A DNA stretch of 64,000 bases from the human T2T-CHM13v2.0 reference genome, Homo sapiens. This document shows, in pieces, positions 51,855 to 64,000 of this stretch. Location: NCBI RefSeq assembly GCF_009914755.1, contig NC_060926.1; one strand, written 5' to 3'. Position 1 is the first letter of the stretch; every line of letters starts with the position of its first letter. The position numbers were made by a program, and so were the translations under genes. A model generated the notes under the pieces. It made no database searches. It was not told where the DNA came from and was given only the letters and a program-made list of their open reading frames with translations.

Positions 51855-52172
51855 CCGGGGTTGGAAAACCATGGTTGGGCCCTGGAATCAAGTTGTCTCC
51901 TGGATTTGAATGGCTCACAAGCCAACGATAGTTGTCACTTTTTTAAATGTTGGAAAAAAAGTAAAAGAAGGATATTTTATGATGTGAAAATCACATAAAA
52001 TTAAAATTTCAGGGTCGGTAAATTAAGTTTCACTGGACACAGCCACATCCTCTTGTTGTAGTACTGTCTGTAGCCGCTTTCACATGGCCTAGTTGTGATG
52101 GAGACCCTGCAGACTCCAAGATCCAAAATACTTCCTATTTGGCCCTTTCCTGAAAACATTGGTCAACTCCTG
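51855..52172. mobile_element. MER58B-like hAT element
   Basis: ccggggttggaaaacc...tatttggccctttcctgaaaacattggtcaactcctg. Confidence 0.7.
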
Positions 52173-52395
52173 ATAGAGACCCTAGATTGATACTGAAAAG
52201 TACAGTTATTGGCTTAATCATTAATGAGAATTAACCCTTTAATTGATAATAGGTTAAGTAGTTGGCTGGTTTGTAACTACAGCATCTCTATATAGGATAT
52301 TGATTTAATATTAGAAACTTTGAAATGATTTTCTGAAAGTAGAGGAAAGTAGCCAGCTCCTATGAATAAGCTGGCTGAGCTCTAGAATGCATTCT

Positions 52396-52533
52396 CTCTC
52401 TCTCTCTCTTTTTAATAGAGATAGGGTCTCACCATGTTGGCCAGGCTGGCCTCGAACTCCTGGGTTCAAGTGATCCTTCCACCTCAGCTTCCCACAGTGC
52501 TGAGATTATAGGTGCAAGCCCCCAAGCCCAGCC
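52396..52533 (-). mobile_element. Antisense Alu monomer (FLAM-like)
   Basis: TSD ctagaatgcattctct on both sides. Confidence 0.85.
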
Positions 52534-52599
52534 TAGAATGCATTCTCTTTTGGTTTGGGAAAAGCATAAAGAGGACAAATGAAAGTTTTTACCTGGAGA

Positions 52600-53080
52600 G
52601 GAAAGAGCACAGGCTCTGGCGTCAATGGGTCTGGGTTTGAAACTCTGTTCCTTCTCTGATCTGTTGTGCAGCCGTGGCCGAGTGACTCCACCTCTCGAAC
52701 CTGTTTCCTCTGTAAAGTGGCAATTAATAACTTTCACCACCTGGGATTGTTTCAAAGATTAAATGGAATCATGTGTATGAAGCACCCGGTGCAGTGCTTG
52801 ACATATAAATGGTGCTCAATAAATGTGCATGGACAAAGATGTCATGGTGATGCTTAGTAATATTTATTCCCTTCATAATAATGATACCTATTACTGCGCA
52901 TGTACTATATCCAAGCCTGTTCTAAACTCCCTGACATGCAACCCGATGAAGTAGGAACTGTAAATATCCCCCCTTTTTACAGTTAAGGACCCATAAGGAT
53001 GTTCCCAAGATCACACAGCCAGTAGATGGTGAAGTCAAAACTCAAACCCAGGAGGCCAGTTCCCATACACCACTGGAATG
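52600..53080. mobile_element. Two MIR fragments in opposite orientation
   Basis: ctgtttcctctgtaaagtgg core, and ttacagttaagg...cccaagatcacacagcc core. Confidence 0.6.
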
Positions 53081-53308
53081 ACTGTGGTGCTGGGCTCTAT
53101 TTGGCATTTTTCATATTTGACTACTCATGCTTAGAACAATGAAATATCTCCTTTCAATTAAATATGTTCTAAAGTGGTACTTCATGAGCCATGTGGCAAT
53201 TTCAATTTTATCTGTGTTCTCGTTCGGAGTAAGATTCTGAAGTGACTCAAGGTTATATTTGACTGTTGCAAACGTTGAATAATCATGATTTTGAAAGTGA
53301 TGTCCCTG

Positions 53309-53323
53309 AGAACATTGTGTGCT
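53309..53323. promoter_or_regulatory. GRE AGAACAttgTGTGCT (intron 4)
   Basis: Exact fit to RGNACAnnnTGTNCY. Confidence 0.5.
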
Positions 53324-53935
53324 CATTAGGGTGTTTTTAGAAATCCCATTCCGCTCTTTCTATTTCCTGGAGGCCTTGATCTTGAGGATTCTATTCTGCA
53401 GAGACCCCAGAGAACCTTGTGTCCATATAAAAAGTGTGGACTCGTTTCCCCTATTTAGTTTTTCTTATAACAGAGATTTTTCTGTTACTGACTCACAAAA
53501 TTGAAATGCTTTTTAAAGTAATTACTGCAACGTCATCTCTTCTGAGCATTGTTGTCCAGGTCATCATGACGATTTATAGTGCTCTTCCCAGATACTTCCT
53601 AAGGCCTGAAGGTAGCAGTCAGGACATAAACATATTTGTATTTTAGATGGCTTACTTTGTCAAAGAAGAGTTCGTCTCTTTTTTTTCCCCTTGGACAAAT
53701 ATGCTCTAACTATTGTAGTTAACCAAATCTAGCAATTTTATTTGTTTATATGTTAACAAATTCCTTCCCCTAATAATACAGTCAAACGTATGCCCAAAGT
53801 ACAAAATTGGCAAAGTAAATACCAGGACAATTCTTGGATTGCAAATCCCACATTGGTTGATAATGATGATGTAATTCATAGCCTTTGAGATGTATATTGG
53901 TATAATGTCAACTTAAAAAAACATTTTCCCTTAAG

Positions 53936-54110
53936 GATTCTCTTCTTTTGGATAAAGACAATGAGAAATTTCTAAGTGTGAGGGGGACCACTCACTTACT
54001 CGTACACGATGTGGCCCTGGAAGATGCTGGCTATTACCGCTGTGTCCTGACATTTGCCCATGAAGGCCAGCAATACAACATCACTAGGAGTATTGAGCTA
54101 CGCATCAAGA
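53936..54110 (+). CDS. IL1R2: IL1R2 exon 5, Ig domain 2 (DSLLLDKDNEKF...DAGYYRC...ELRIK)
   Basis: Matches ORF 53948..54154 core; acceptor ttttcccttaag, donor a|gtaagt. Confidence 0.97.
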
Positions 54111-55142
54111 GTAAGTACTTGCCATTGAGGCACCTATCTATCCTGGTTCAATAACAAGCATGCAGAGAACAAATGACGGTGCACGTAGAATTCCTTGCAG
54201 GTCTTTGGAATGAAGGATAACGGAAAACAGATCCATCAGCTCTCCTGAAGCATCAGGTTAATAAGACGTGTGTGATACTTTGAAAGGTATAAATCAGGGT
54301 GTTGTTCTGAGAACAGGTGAACGAATTGGGAAGGTTATAGGGTTGCAAGATGAAGGCTAAAACACACCACTCAAGAGAGTCAAACAGTGGCTTCTGTAGA
54401 AGGTACCCTTGGAAAGTGTCCTGTGAAGCTTTGCACCTATAGGGCTAGAGGTCACCACATGCTGTAACTTTATGTTCAATTTTAGGATACTTCAATTTTA
54501 TTGGGTATTCTAACCAGAGAGCTAGCCTTGCACATCCAGTGGAAATTGCCTTTTATTTGTCTTCCCTAAGGTGGGTCTAGCTGCCCTTAATAGCAATATT
54601 TCAAATAGTCAGAGCTGCCATTGATTAAAAGGAGTTTCGTTTGAAAATGCTGTTTTGAGCAGTATTGGCTATTGTTTCACATTTGTTCAACATTTACTCC
54701 GTACCAACTGTGTGCCGGACATGGAGACAGGTGTAACCATGTGTAAATCCTGGACTTTGCCTTGGAGAGTGGGCCACACTTCTTTGTTTTTTATACTGAA
54801 TAATGATCACAACTGGGGTCTTTTGAGGGGATTTCAGAGAGCTTCAGAGACACGCTAAGTTTAAATAATTGGTCTATAAGGGGAAAATATATTTTTCTCA
54901 CAGAGCATCCAGAGATTCAGTTGCACCGCATTTTCCCACGGACTGAGGTGTCCTGATTGTGTTTGTTTTACAGTCCTGTGAGGATTCGTTCATATCAGCT
55001 CCTTGCTTCTGGACAGGCCACTGACTCAGGTCTCCTGAGGCTTTCCGTGGACCGGCACGGTCCTGTCTCTGCGATACTGTGCATGAACACTAGGGGGCAG
55101 CCGCCCTACATGCCTGTCTGTGTTGTGATCCTCCCAGGATCT

Positions 55143-55911
<769 letters not shown>

Positions 55912-56484
55912 ACCTCCTTTCTTTACGTTGGCTCTAATCCCTTGGAGATCCACTTCTGCCTCTCCAGAGAGTTTATCTCTTCAATTAACAAGGCCTCTGT
56001 GGCCGAGGCCAGGTTACACACTAGCCTTCCAAATAGGTGTTTCTTGAGCCCTGTGCCTTTTCTAGAAGAACTGAGTCTTGAGTATTTTGTGGCAGGCACT
56101 TTGGAGAGGTGGAGAAGGTATTTTAGGTCAGGTCAAGTTTCGGGGAAAATCTATCTCGTGGACCTCATAAACATGATTGTTTTCAGGAAGTCTGGGAGGG
56201 AAATGGTTAATTGTTTATCATAGAGCAAGGACTGAAGACCTCCTGTCAGCGGAATGTGTGTTTGGCTGTGGCCTCTTCCAGTAATTGCTCTGCTGGGAAA
56301 GTCATTGGCCAAGGATGCTCGATTTTGTAGAGAGCCTGTTTCCTTTGCCAGACAAAGCCTGACTCTCATAATGACTGGCCATACTGGAAAGGATAACTTA
56401 GTTGATTAGCCAAACAATGACTTGAACCACAGCGTCAAATGAAGGCTTTCCTAACGGAATCTCTTTTCCTTACATCTTTCTCAG

Positions 56485-56547
56485 AAAAAAAAGAAGAGAC
56501 CATTCCTGTGATCATTTCCCCCCTCAAGACCATATCAGCTTCTCTGG
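56485..56547 (+). CDS. IL1R2: IL1R2 exon 6, D2-D3 linker (KKKEETIPVIISPLKTISASL), 63 nt
   Basis: Acceptor tctttctcag, donor g|gtaagg; within ORF 56439..56636. Confidence 0.96.
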
Positions 56548-58063
56548 GTAAGGCCCACAAGGACCATGCATTCCACGCACCTGTGGGGGTGCCTGGTATC
56601 CCAATGCAGGGGGCTTGGGACCCTTGCGTCTGCTGATCATACCTGCTCCTTGGGTGCAATGTGCCTGGGTGGAGACCTTAGAACTCCAGTGTGTGAGGCT
56701 GGAATAACAAGTGTGAGGAAATATTTCCCTTTGGCCAGTTTGGTTAGAAATGGCATAATCTGAAAACAGGTATACTTTGCTTCATGCAAAGCCTACCTAT
56801 AAAAATCTGAATGTGAAAATCTGAACGTTCTGGCAGCAGTTATCAACTGCATGAGAAGATGAACAGCATGAACCCCAGGCAGAGCCAGCACCCTCAGTGT
56901 ATTTAAAATAATTCACATCACCAAAACTTGGCTGGCGCTCTGCCTCTCTCTAAGACTCCATTTGTAAAGTGGGCTCAGCTGTGGTCAGTTTCTTGTTGCC
57001 AGAAGAGCTGGTAAGCTGGTTGAATGGTGCCATGAAAATGACCAATGGGGCTTTCTGCTTTTCACTCCATGTGGTACAGTCCATCCTGGCCAGCACAGGT
57101 CCACACTAGTGGCCAGTGAGGGTACGTAAGTGTACTGTACTAACAACCAACTGATGCTAGTGGTGGGGCGGAATTGATGTTTATTGAGGATCCACTATGT
57201 CCAATGGGATCCCATTCAATCTCAACATAGACCCTGTAGGTTTTATTCTCTCAATTTTCCAAAAGGAAAAAGCCACCCAGGGCATCACGTTGGCTCAGTG
57301 GAGGCCAAAAGGCCATGCTCAGAGTCAGGCTGGAGTTCAGATTCAGGTCTGTGTGCCTATAAAACCTGCATCCTTTTATGTGTTTGTTTCTGGGTAGTGT
57401 TTTTGTAGGTCTGTTACTCATTTATGAAACCCTGGCTGCACAGTCTTTTAAAAAACAATTTATTTGCTTTTTCCTTTTGTTTAGTGCTGGTTTAAATTTT
57501 AAATTTGAATTGGAGGCCATAGAGGAGGAGGGCTTTTGTGCAGTTGCTGGGACTGCTGGCTGGCACTTGGGTTGCCACTGCCACAGTGCAGTCCCCATGG
57601 CTGCAGCTCTAGGAACAACCACCTGGAAATCTGGGGCAATGGGCACATGGGTGATACCTACTGGAGCCCCAGTGTTCTGGCTCCCTGGGGCTTCCCAGCC
57701 AAGTTCCAGGCCCAGTTCCCAATCAGTTGCTTTGGATGCACTGGAATGGGTGGTGGGGCCACGTGACACTGATTAGTAGGTTGTTACGGCTGAGGAAGAT
57801 CTTTAAGGTCATAGGAGTGGCATAGGATGGAGAACGGCTGGCATTCTCAACCCGTGGTGGGGCCAGGTGCATTAAAAGACACACCACAGGGAGCCATATC
57901 ACCCACGAGGAAAAAACAAGTGAGAAGGTTTTCTTCTTCTTTTCCTTCTACTCTTCTTTGTGAATGAAAAAAAAAATAATTTCCTATGATTGAGGCAGGG
58001 GGACCCAGTACATCACACTGCACAACTGCAGAGGGCACCATCTATAGAAAACACAGAGTTTTT

Positions 58064-58384
<321 letters not shown>

Positions 58385-58830
58385 TTAAAGAAGGGTTGAT
58401 CCCCAGTCAGAGTCATCTGGGAATGGAGAGTTCCCAGGAGAAACATTAGAGCCAAGACCAGCCTCAGGCAAAGAGAAAGAATCCACACATTGATCTGGAT
58501 TTTCTGAGGTAACTGAAGTGAGGGGCAGAGGAAGTCGGCTTGAATTTAGCATGTCCCGTGGGAGCGCAGGGGCCCTGGTGAAGCCATTTAACTTCAGGTG
58601 CCTCTTGGTTTTTGCCTGCCATGAAGACCAGTTGTAGGAACCAGAGGTACTTCGTAAACAGTAAAGCTCTGTGTGAACAGAATCATTTGAGAAAACTAAA
58701 TTTTCTACCAAGGAAAGAATTGGGTGGTGAGGGGTGTTTGAGAAGCCGAGGAGGGACTCAGGGCTCAGGTTTGCTGGTGGGTGGGAGGTGCTGGTTCTGC
58801 AGTTGACGTGCTGTGCCTTGCCATCCACAG

Positions 58831-58966
58831 GGTCAAGACTGACAATCCCGTGTAAGGTGTTTCTGGGAACCGGCACACCCTTAACCACCATGCTGTGGTG
58901 GACGGCCAATGACACCCACATAGAGAGCGCCTACCCGGGAGGCCGCGTGACCGAGGGGCCACGCCA
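58831..58966 (+). CDS. IL1R2: IL1R2 exon 7, Ig domain 3 first half (GSRLTIPCKVFLG...EGPRQ)
   Basis: Acceptor ccatccacag, donor ca|gtaagt; within ORF 58734..58970. Confidence 0.97.
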
Positions 58967-59052
58967 GTAAGTGGGCCAGGGTCTTCTGTTGAGAACTCTG
59001 TGGGTTTCGCTCTTCCTTTTGGAGACAGTTATCACTATGACCCACATACCAC

Positions 59053-59058
59053 ATTAAA
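59053..59058 (+). terminator. IL1R2: Intron-7 poly(A) signal ATTAAA (short soluble isoform)
   Basis: 83 nt after the in-frame TAA at 58968-58970; followed by U-rich and GU-rich elements. Confidence 0.65.
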
Positions 59059-60408
59059 AGTTACTTTTTTTGATTCCAAACTGTTGGATGTTTAGAATTT
59101 AAAAAATTGTATTTTGCTAAAAATTATCTTGAGAATCAAACTTTCTCTGTAAATACTTAAAAGTTGAGTTGCAGTTGACATGTTGGTATTGATGTTGCAT
59201 TTTGTAGCTGTTTCATTAAACATTGATCCTTTTATTTTCGCAAGTTAAAAAATATTTTGGAGTTCATATCTTTCCATTTTCCACTCTGCAACCTGACTAT
59301 CAAACATTTTCATAAACCCTTAAAAAGACCCTGAGACCTAGCCACAGTATCTATAGTACCTCTTCTGTTTCTCAGGGAGCTGTGGGCTGCCACAATCTCT
59401 AAGGGAGGTTAATAATTAAAAAAAAGAAAGAATTCAGTTCTCATAAGCAGTCATCTCTAGAAAATGTTTTCTTACTCTGAGACTCGAACAATCAGACCTT
59501 TTGTAAGTGGGAACTTGTTGCCTGTGAGGGAGACCATTCAACATTCCAAATTGTAACTCTTTTTAAAATTACAGTTTTGATACTTTGAATTAGCCTGAGC
59601 TTTTGCTTGCCAAATGGTTGTGTTTTTTGAAAGACTTATCACAAAAGATCTTTCTGGATGTAATTTAGTGGATAAAAACTATGTGTGGGTAGCACAATCA
59701 TGTGCTTGCAAGTTCTCATTGCAAAAGACCTGGCCACAACTAAATGCCCATCTCAGCTTACTCATATGATCCACTTACTTAAAGGAACCTATATTCCCCC
59801 TACAAATAGAACAAAAATATTCCTAGTGGATCCACTCATCTGTGTTTTTATTCACACTAACAGTTAGTAGTGAGGTGTCTACAGATTCCTCTAACACTAT
59901 AAATGGCAGCTATCCTGGCCACAGCCATTCCCCTGGGCTGTCTGCAGGTTTCCAGAGTGAGAGTCAGCAGTAGAGATGAGAAGAGACGGCACCACTGAGG
60001 GCTGGAGTCCTGGAAACTCCCTGCCCTTCAATATACAAGTGATTTAATGGTGAGGGACTCAAGTTTCCTCAAACTAGACGTTTCTGTTCCCATGACTGTT
60101 TTTTTTTGTTGTTGTTGTTCATTAAGAGACTTAAAAGATGAACTTCCCCATTATCTAACCCTGTAGTGTAACAACTGTTTGATGCCAGTGACCGCCAACT
60201 TCAGTGACACTAAGGCCTTCAGGGACAGGCTTAGAAACTGTCCCAAATGAATCACAAGTATGGTGGCAAGAGCTCCTAACTTTATGAAACTTGAAAACAA
60301 TAAAAGCGCAATGGGTACTTCTAAAGGAGAGTGTTTAGATGTCTACATTGTGAAAGACAAGCTTGCATTCGATACAATCATAATTAAGTGAATGTTTTTT
60401 TAACTCAG

Positions 60409-60551
60409 GGAATATTCAGAAAATAATGAGAACTACATTGAAGTGCCATTGATTTTTGATCCTGTCACAAGAGAGGATTTGCACATGGATTTTAAATGTG
60501 TTGTCCATAATACCCTGAGTTTTCAGACACTACGCACCACAGTCAAGGAAG
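60409..60551 (+). CDS. IL1R2: IL1R2 exon 8 (EYSENNENYIEVPL...DFKCVVHNTLSFQTLRTTVKE)
   Basis: Acceptor tttttttaactcag, donor g|gtatgt; second Cys of Ig domain 3. Confidence 0.97.
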
Positions 60552-62523
60552 GTATGTATGTATTTTGGGGAGCACTATAGGAGAATATAACATGTTGAAT
60601 GTTCCATGGATACTAGACAAATCTACTTGTTCTCCAAATGATTCCATAGAAATTCCCTTGCATTGTCTGCTAGTGGAGAGCTGAAAAGAAACCTCCCATT
60701 TTTAAAGAGTTTTGGTAGGGTGGAGGCTGGACTTTGGGAGATTATACTCAAATGAAAAATTTAAATAGCAAGCTGATTTTTGGAAAATGGATGAAATGGT
60801 TCTACAGTAAACTTCGAAATACTCTGTCTGCATGTGGCTCTGCCTTGGGTCACTAATCAGCTGTCTTCGCATGGCCTCTAGAAGAGGGTGGATTGTTCTT
60901 TATCCTGAAGATGAGAAACTTCATCCTCTAAGAGCTGGGGATTGGGAGCTACCCAGGGTTCAGGGCAGCTTTAGGGTCAAAGTCATTATATGACCGGAAA
61001 TAGGTACAAGGCTACAGCCAAATCAACCCAGTGTTCATTTAAGGACATTTAAAAAGAAGAAGAGGAAAACCCACATTATCATTTTTGATTAAATTGATTT
61101 CATATCAATGTTTAATTGTTGAGCAGGAGGGAGAGCTGCCTTGAATGTAGTCTCTGTTGACAGCCTGTAGCTAATGGCAGGCAAGCCAAAGTGATTCCCA
61201 GCATCTCAGTGATGGCTCGTGGACAATCTTACAGCAATAACATAAATACAAATTGCTCCAGGTCTCCATGTTTTGCTGGGGAGGCAGCCACAAACACAGT
61301 GTAAACTGGAAAGCCAATGATGTGTTCCAGCCTCAGGACAGGGAATGGCACCCAACTTTCCTCCAACTGTGCGCTGTGCACCACCAGCCTCACACTCACC
61401 TGAGCCACTGGTCACAAACACAGATCTCAGGACTTACTCCAGATCCACCCTGTCAAATATTCCTAGGGAGAGGCTGCAGCCTGTGACACAAAAAGCTCCT
61501 TTCACAGTGAAGTTTGAGAATGAGGGCACACATGTGAAGGGTGGCGTTTCAGATCATTTCCAGATGAGCAGGCTGGGAGAGATGGTGGTTGTACACATTT
61601 ACCCACAAAAATCAGAATGTTCCCTCTCGGGGTCAGATTAGTGAGCCCAAGGAACCTGTGGTTTGTCTGGCCCTGATGCTGGGAACCTTTAAAATTTTCC
61701 ATAACATGAGCCTTGTCCCTGCATGTGGCTGGCCGTGACTGATCCAGGGAACACAGGCTGTAAGTCTTTCACCAGGACTGAGAGGTGTATTCAAACAGCT
61801 GCCCAGAATATTACAGCTGAACTTATTTCTAATCTTTGTGGGGTTTTAAAATGTGAGAATCCTCTGGAGCAACAGGCTGAGGTCATGTCGATTCCTGGAT
61901 GACTAAACAGACTGTGATAGATAATAGCTTAAAAATGCAGGATTCTAGTCTCATCAACAATGTGTCTGATAACACTCTGTTCTCACATTTGCTTTTTAAC
62001 TTTTTATTCAGAGTCTCTTCCTGTATTTCCATAACACAGAGACGCCAAGGAGCAGAACATAAAATAGCTGGACCCAAGCAATCGTGTTGGCCCCTGCAGC
62101 TCCATTATTCAAAATTTATTTTCCTTTGCTACTTCCTTTGATCCTCATGACACCCATGCTCATTAGAAAAGGGCAGATTGTTCCTGGCTCTGTCACAGTT
62201 GGCCAACTGTGACATAAACAGACAGCATCTTAAACGCACAGTGTCCCACTGTTGGAACAAAGTTAAACCCTCAGCACTTGCCCACTTACCCTACGATGTT
62301 TCTAACAGATTTTGCCCTATCACGCTCGTTTCTCTAATGCCACAGACATCACTCTCAAATATCCTCCATGTTGGTGTGAGGGATGTGCTTTCTGAAAATC
62401 AATGCACATTTATCAAGAAAAACAAACTCCAATTTCTTTCTTATCTTGTACACCTGCATTGCCCTGTCCTCTTGTACAGTGAGAGACTGTTCAGCTCCTG
62501 ATGTGACTCTGTTCTTCCCACAG

Positions 62524-62690
62524 CCTCCTCCACGTTCTCCTGGGGCATTGTGCTGGCCCCACTTTCACTGGCCTTCTTGGTTTTGGGGGGAATATGGATG
62601 CACAGACGGTGCAAACACAGAACTGGAAAAGCAGATGGTCTGACTGTGCTATGGCCTCATCATCAAGACTTTCAATCCTATCCCAAGTGA
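62524..62690 (+). CDS. IL1R2: IL1R2 terminal coding exon: TM helix (WGIVLAPLSLAFLVLGGIWM) plus short cytoplasmic tail, stop TGA 62688-62690
   Basis: Acceptor ttcttcccacag; hydrophobic segment followed by HRRCKHR; no TIR domain. Confidence 0.97.
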
Positions 62691-62696
62691 AATAAA
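62691..62696 (+). terminator. IL1R2: Proximal poly(A) signal AATAAA directly after the stop codon
   Basis: ...CCCAAG TGA AATAAA; U/GU-rich sequence follows at ~62730-62765. Confidence 0.8.
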
Positions 62697-62822
62697 TGGA
62701 ATGAAATAATTCAAACACAAACTCCGTACGTCTTCTCTTATGGAAGTGGCTGTGTCTTTTTGAGGGACTCTGTTCTTTGCCTCAGTTGTCTACCAAAGGT
62801 GCCACATTTATAGTGGCTTTGT

Positions 62823-62836
62823 AGTAAAGGACTAAA
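62823..62836 (+). terminator. IL1R2: Distal variant poly(A) signals AGTAAA/ACTAAA
   Basis: Variant hexamers followed by a GU/U-rich run (ctgtttttttttt) at ~62847-62860. Confidence 0.5.
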
Positions 62837-63419
62837 GTCTTACATTCTGTTTTTTTTTTCCCTAAAAATCAGTGACAACAGTAGATGTGCCTGTGAGTGG
62901 GTGTGAGTAGCTGTCTGCTACTTGTGACCTATTTAACAGAATGAGGTGCTCTTAGGCCTGCATGAGAGTGGAAAACATCTACATGAGTTTTGACATTCAT
63001 TCAACAAAAACATATTATGAGTCTATTTTGACTAGACTCTATGGGAGATGTTGTACATACAGTGATGGTTAAGACATAGTTTGCCTTTCAGGAAGCTGGT
63101 TGTTCATTTTGAGACTGAAAAGAATAATTTAGTGCTAAAGCAGAAGAATCAGCAAGAATTGGTGAACTTTTTTGGAAAGGGCTATCCAAAAAATAGCAAT
63201 TAAAAATACACACATTGGAATGTATTAGTGAACTGAGAATTAGACCCAACTTCATAACAACATGTCTGAAAATAGAAGGAAGGGCATTAAAAGAATTGTA
63301 GACAAACTGAATAAAATGTACCCAGAGCCTCTTTCATATCATATACCAAAAATAAAATCCAGATAGATAAATGAGTTCAATTAAAAAAAAAAAAACTCCA
63401 ATGGCAGGAAAATCAGCAC

Positions 63420-63710
63420 GGCTGGTGACTCCACCTTTCAGGTCTCTGTTCAAATGTGACCTTCCCAGAGGGAAGGTCCCCAGAGAGGACCTTCCTTCCT
63501 CTCTGTCCCCTCACCCTGCTTTGTACCATTGTAGCTTTTATCACCACCAGACCTTCCAGTATAGATTTGCTTGTTGATTTTCAATTTATGTTTCCCACCC
63601 AAATGGAAGACCCATGAGGTCAGAGAGATTATTTTGGTCCCAGCTGTATTTCCAGTACCTCAAAGCAGGCATTTAATGAATATTTGCAGAATAAATGAAG
63701 ATGGGATGAA
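63420..63710 (+). mobile_element. L2 3' fragment
   Basis: caaatgtgaccttcccagag...atttaatgaatatttgcagaataaatgaa. Confidence 0.65.
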
Positions 63711-63887
63711 CTCTCTCTTGTTCATTACCAAAAGACTTGCAAGAGTAAAGGTGAGTAGGCTTAATTACATTATAATTTCTGCACAACAAAATAACAAAAG
63801 CAAGGTTTAGACAAAATTGTGTCAGACAAGTTCAAGGAATGAGTAACTATCATGTGTAGAGTTATTCAAAGTCATAGAAAAGGCATG

Positions 63888-64000
63888 TGTCTTAGTCTTT
63901 TTGGGCTGCTACAACAAAATACCATAACTAGGGTGGCTTGTAAACAACAGAAATTTATTTCTCACAGTTTTGGAGGTTGAGAAGTCCAAGATCAAGGTGC
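63888..64000 (-). mobile_element. MaLR LTR (MLT1A/MSTD-like), cut by the window edge
   Basis: tgtcttagtctttttgggctgctacaacaaaatacc...aagtccaagatcaaggtgc. Confidence 0.75.

Noticed and set aside
58385-58921. 178-aa antisense ORF over exon 7
   Set aside because: No recognisable domain, non-ATG start in the track, partly a shadow of the sense exon.
62524-64000. Search for a downstream TIR-domain exon or the next IL1R-family gene
   Set aside because: The stop and poly(A) signal follow the short tail directly; the remainder is L2/L1/MaLR repeat.

Overview
Mammalian (human-like) genomic DNA containing the complete IL1R2 gene (interleukin-1 receptor type 2, decoy receptor) on the + strand. I joined eight coding exons (42873-62690, all GT-AG) into a 1197-nt CDS of 398 aa: signal peptide, three Ig-like domains, a TM helix and a short tail with no TIR domain. 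There are two non-coding first exons: a TATA-driven exon 1a (~26200-26251) and exon 1b (~33266-33357) at the edge of an antisense MLT1 LTR. The first ~26 kb is repeat-rich upstream DNA (nested ERV/MaLR LTRs, L1, Alu, MIR, DNA transposons) with a possible spliced lncRNA. There is no prokaryotic-type system, and the long ORFs in the track are simple-repeat artefacts. Best leads: (1) a near-consensus third splice donor after exon 1a that would add an in-frame 25-aa extension ahead of the signal peptide; (2) an ~85%-identical inverted duplication in intron 1; (3) an LTR-derived strong-Kozak ATG opening a 129-aa overlapping ORF via exon 1b; (4) three perfect glucocorticoid response elements; (5) a TSD-flanked retrocopy carrying a sense poly(A) signal in intron 3; (6) the intron-7 stop/poly(A) switch to a soluble receptor. 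Repeat subfamily names come from my memory of consensus sequences and need RepeatMasker confirmation.
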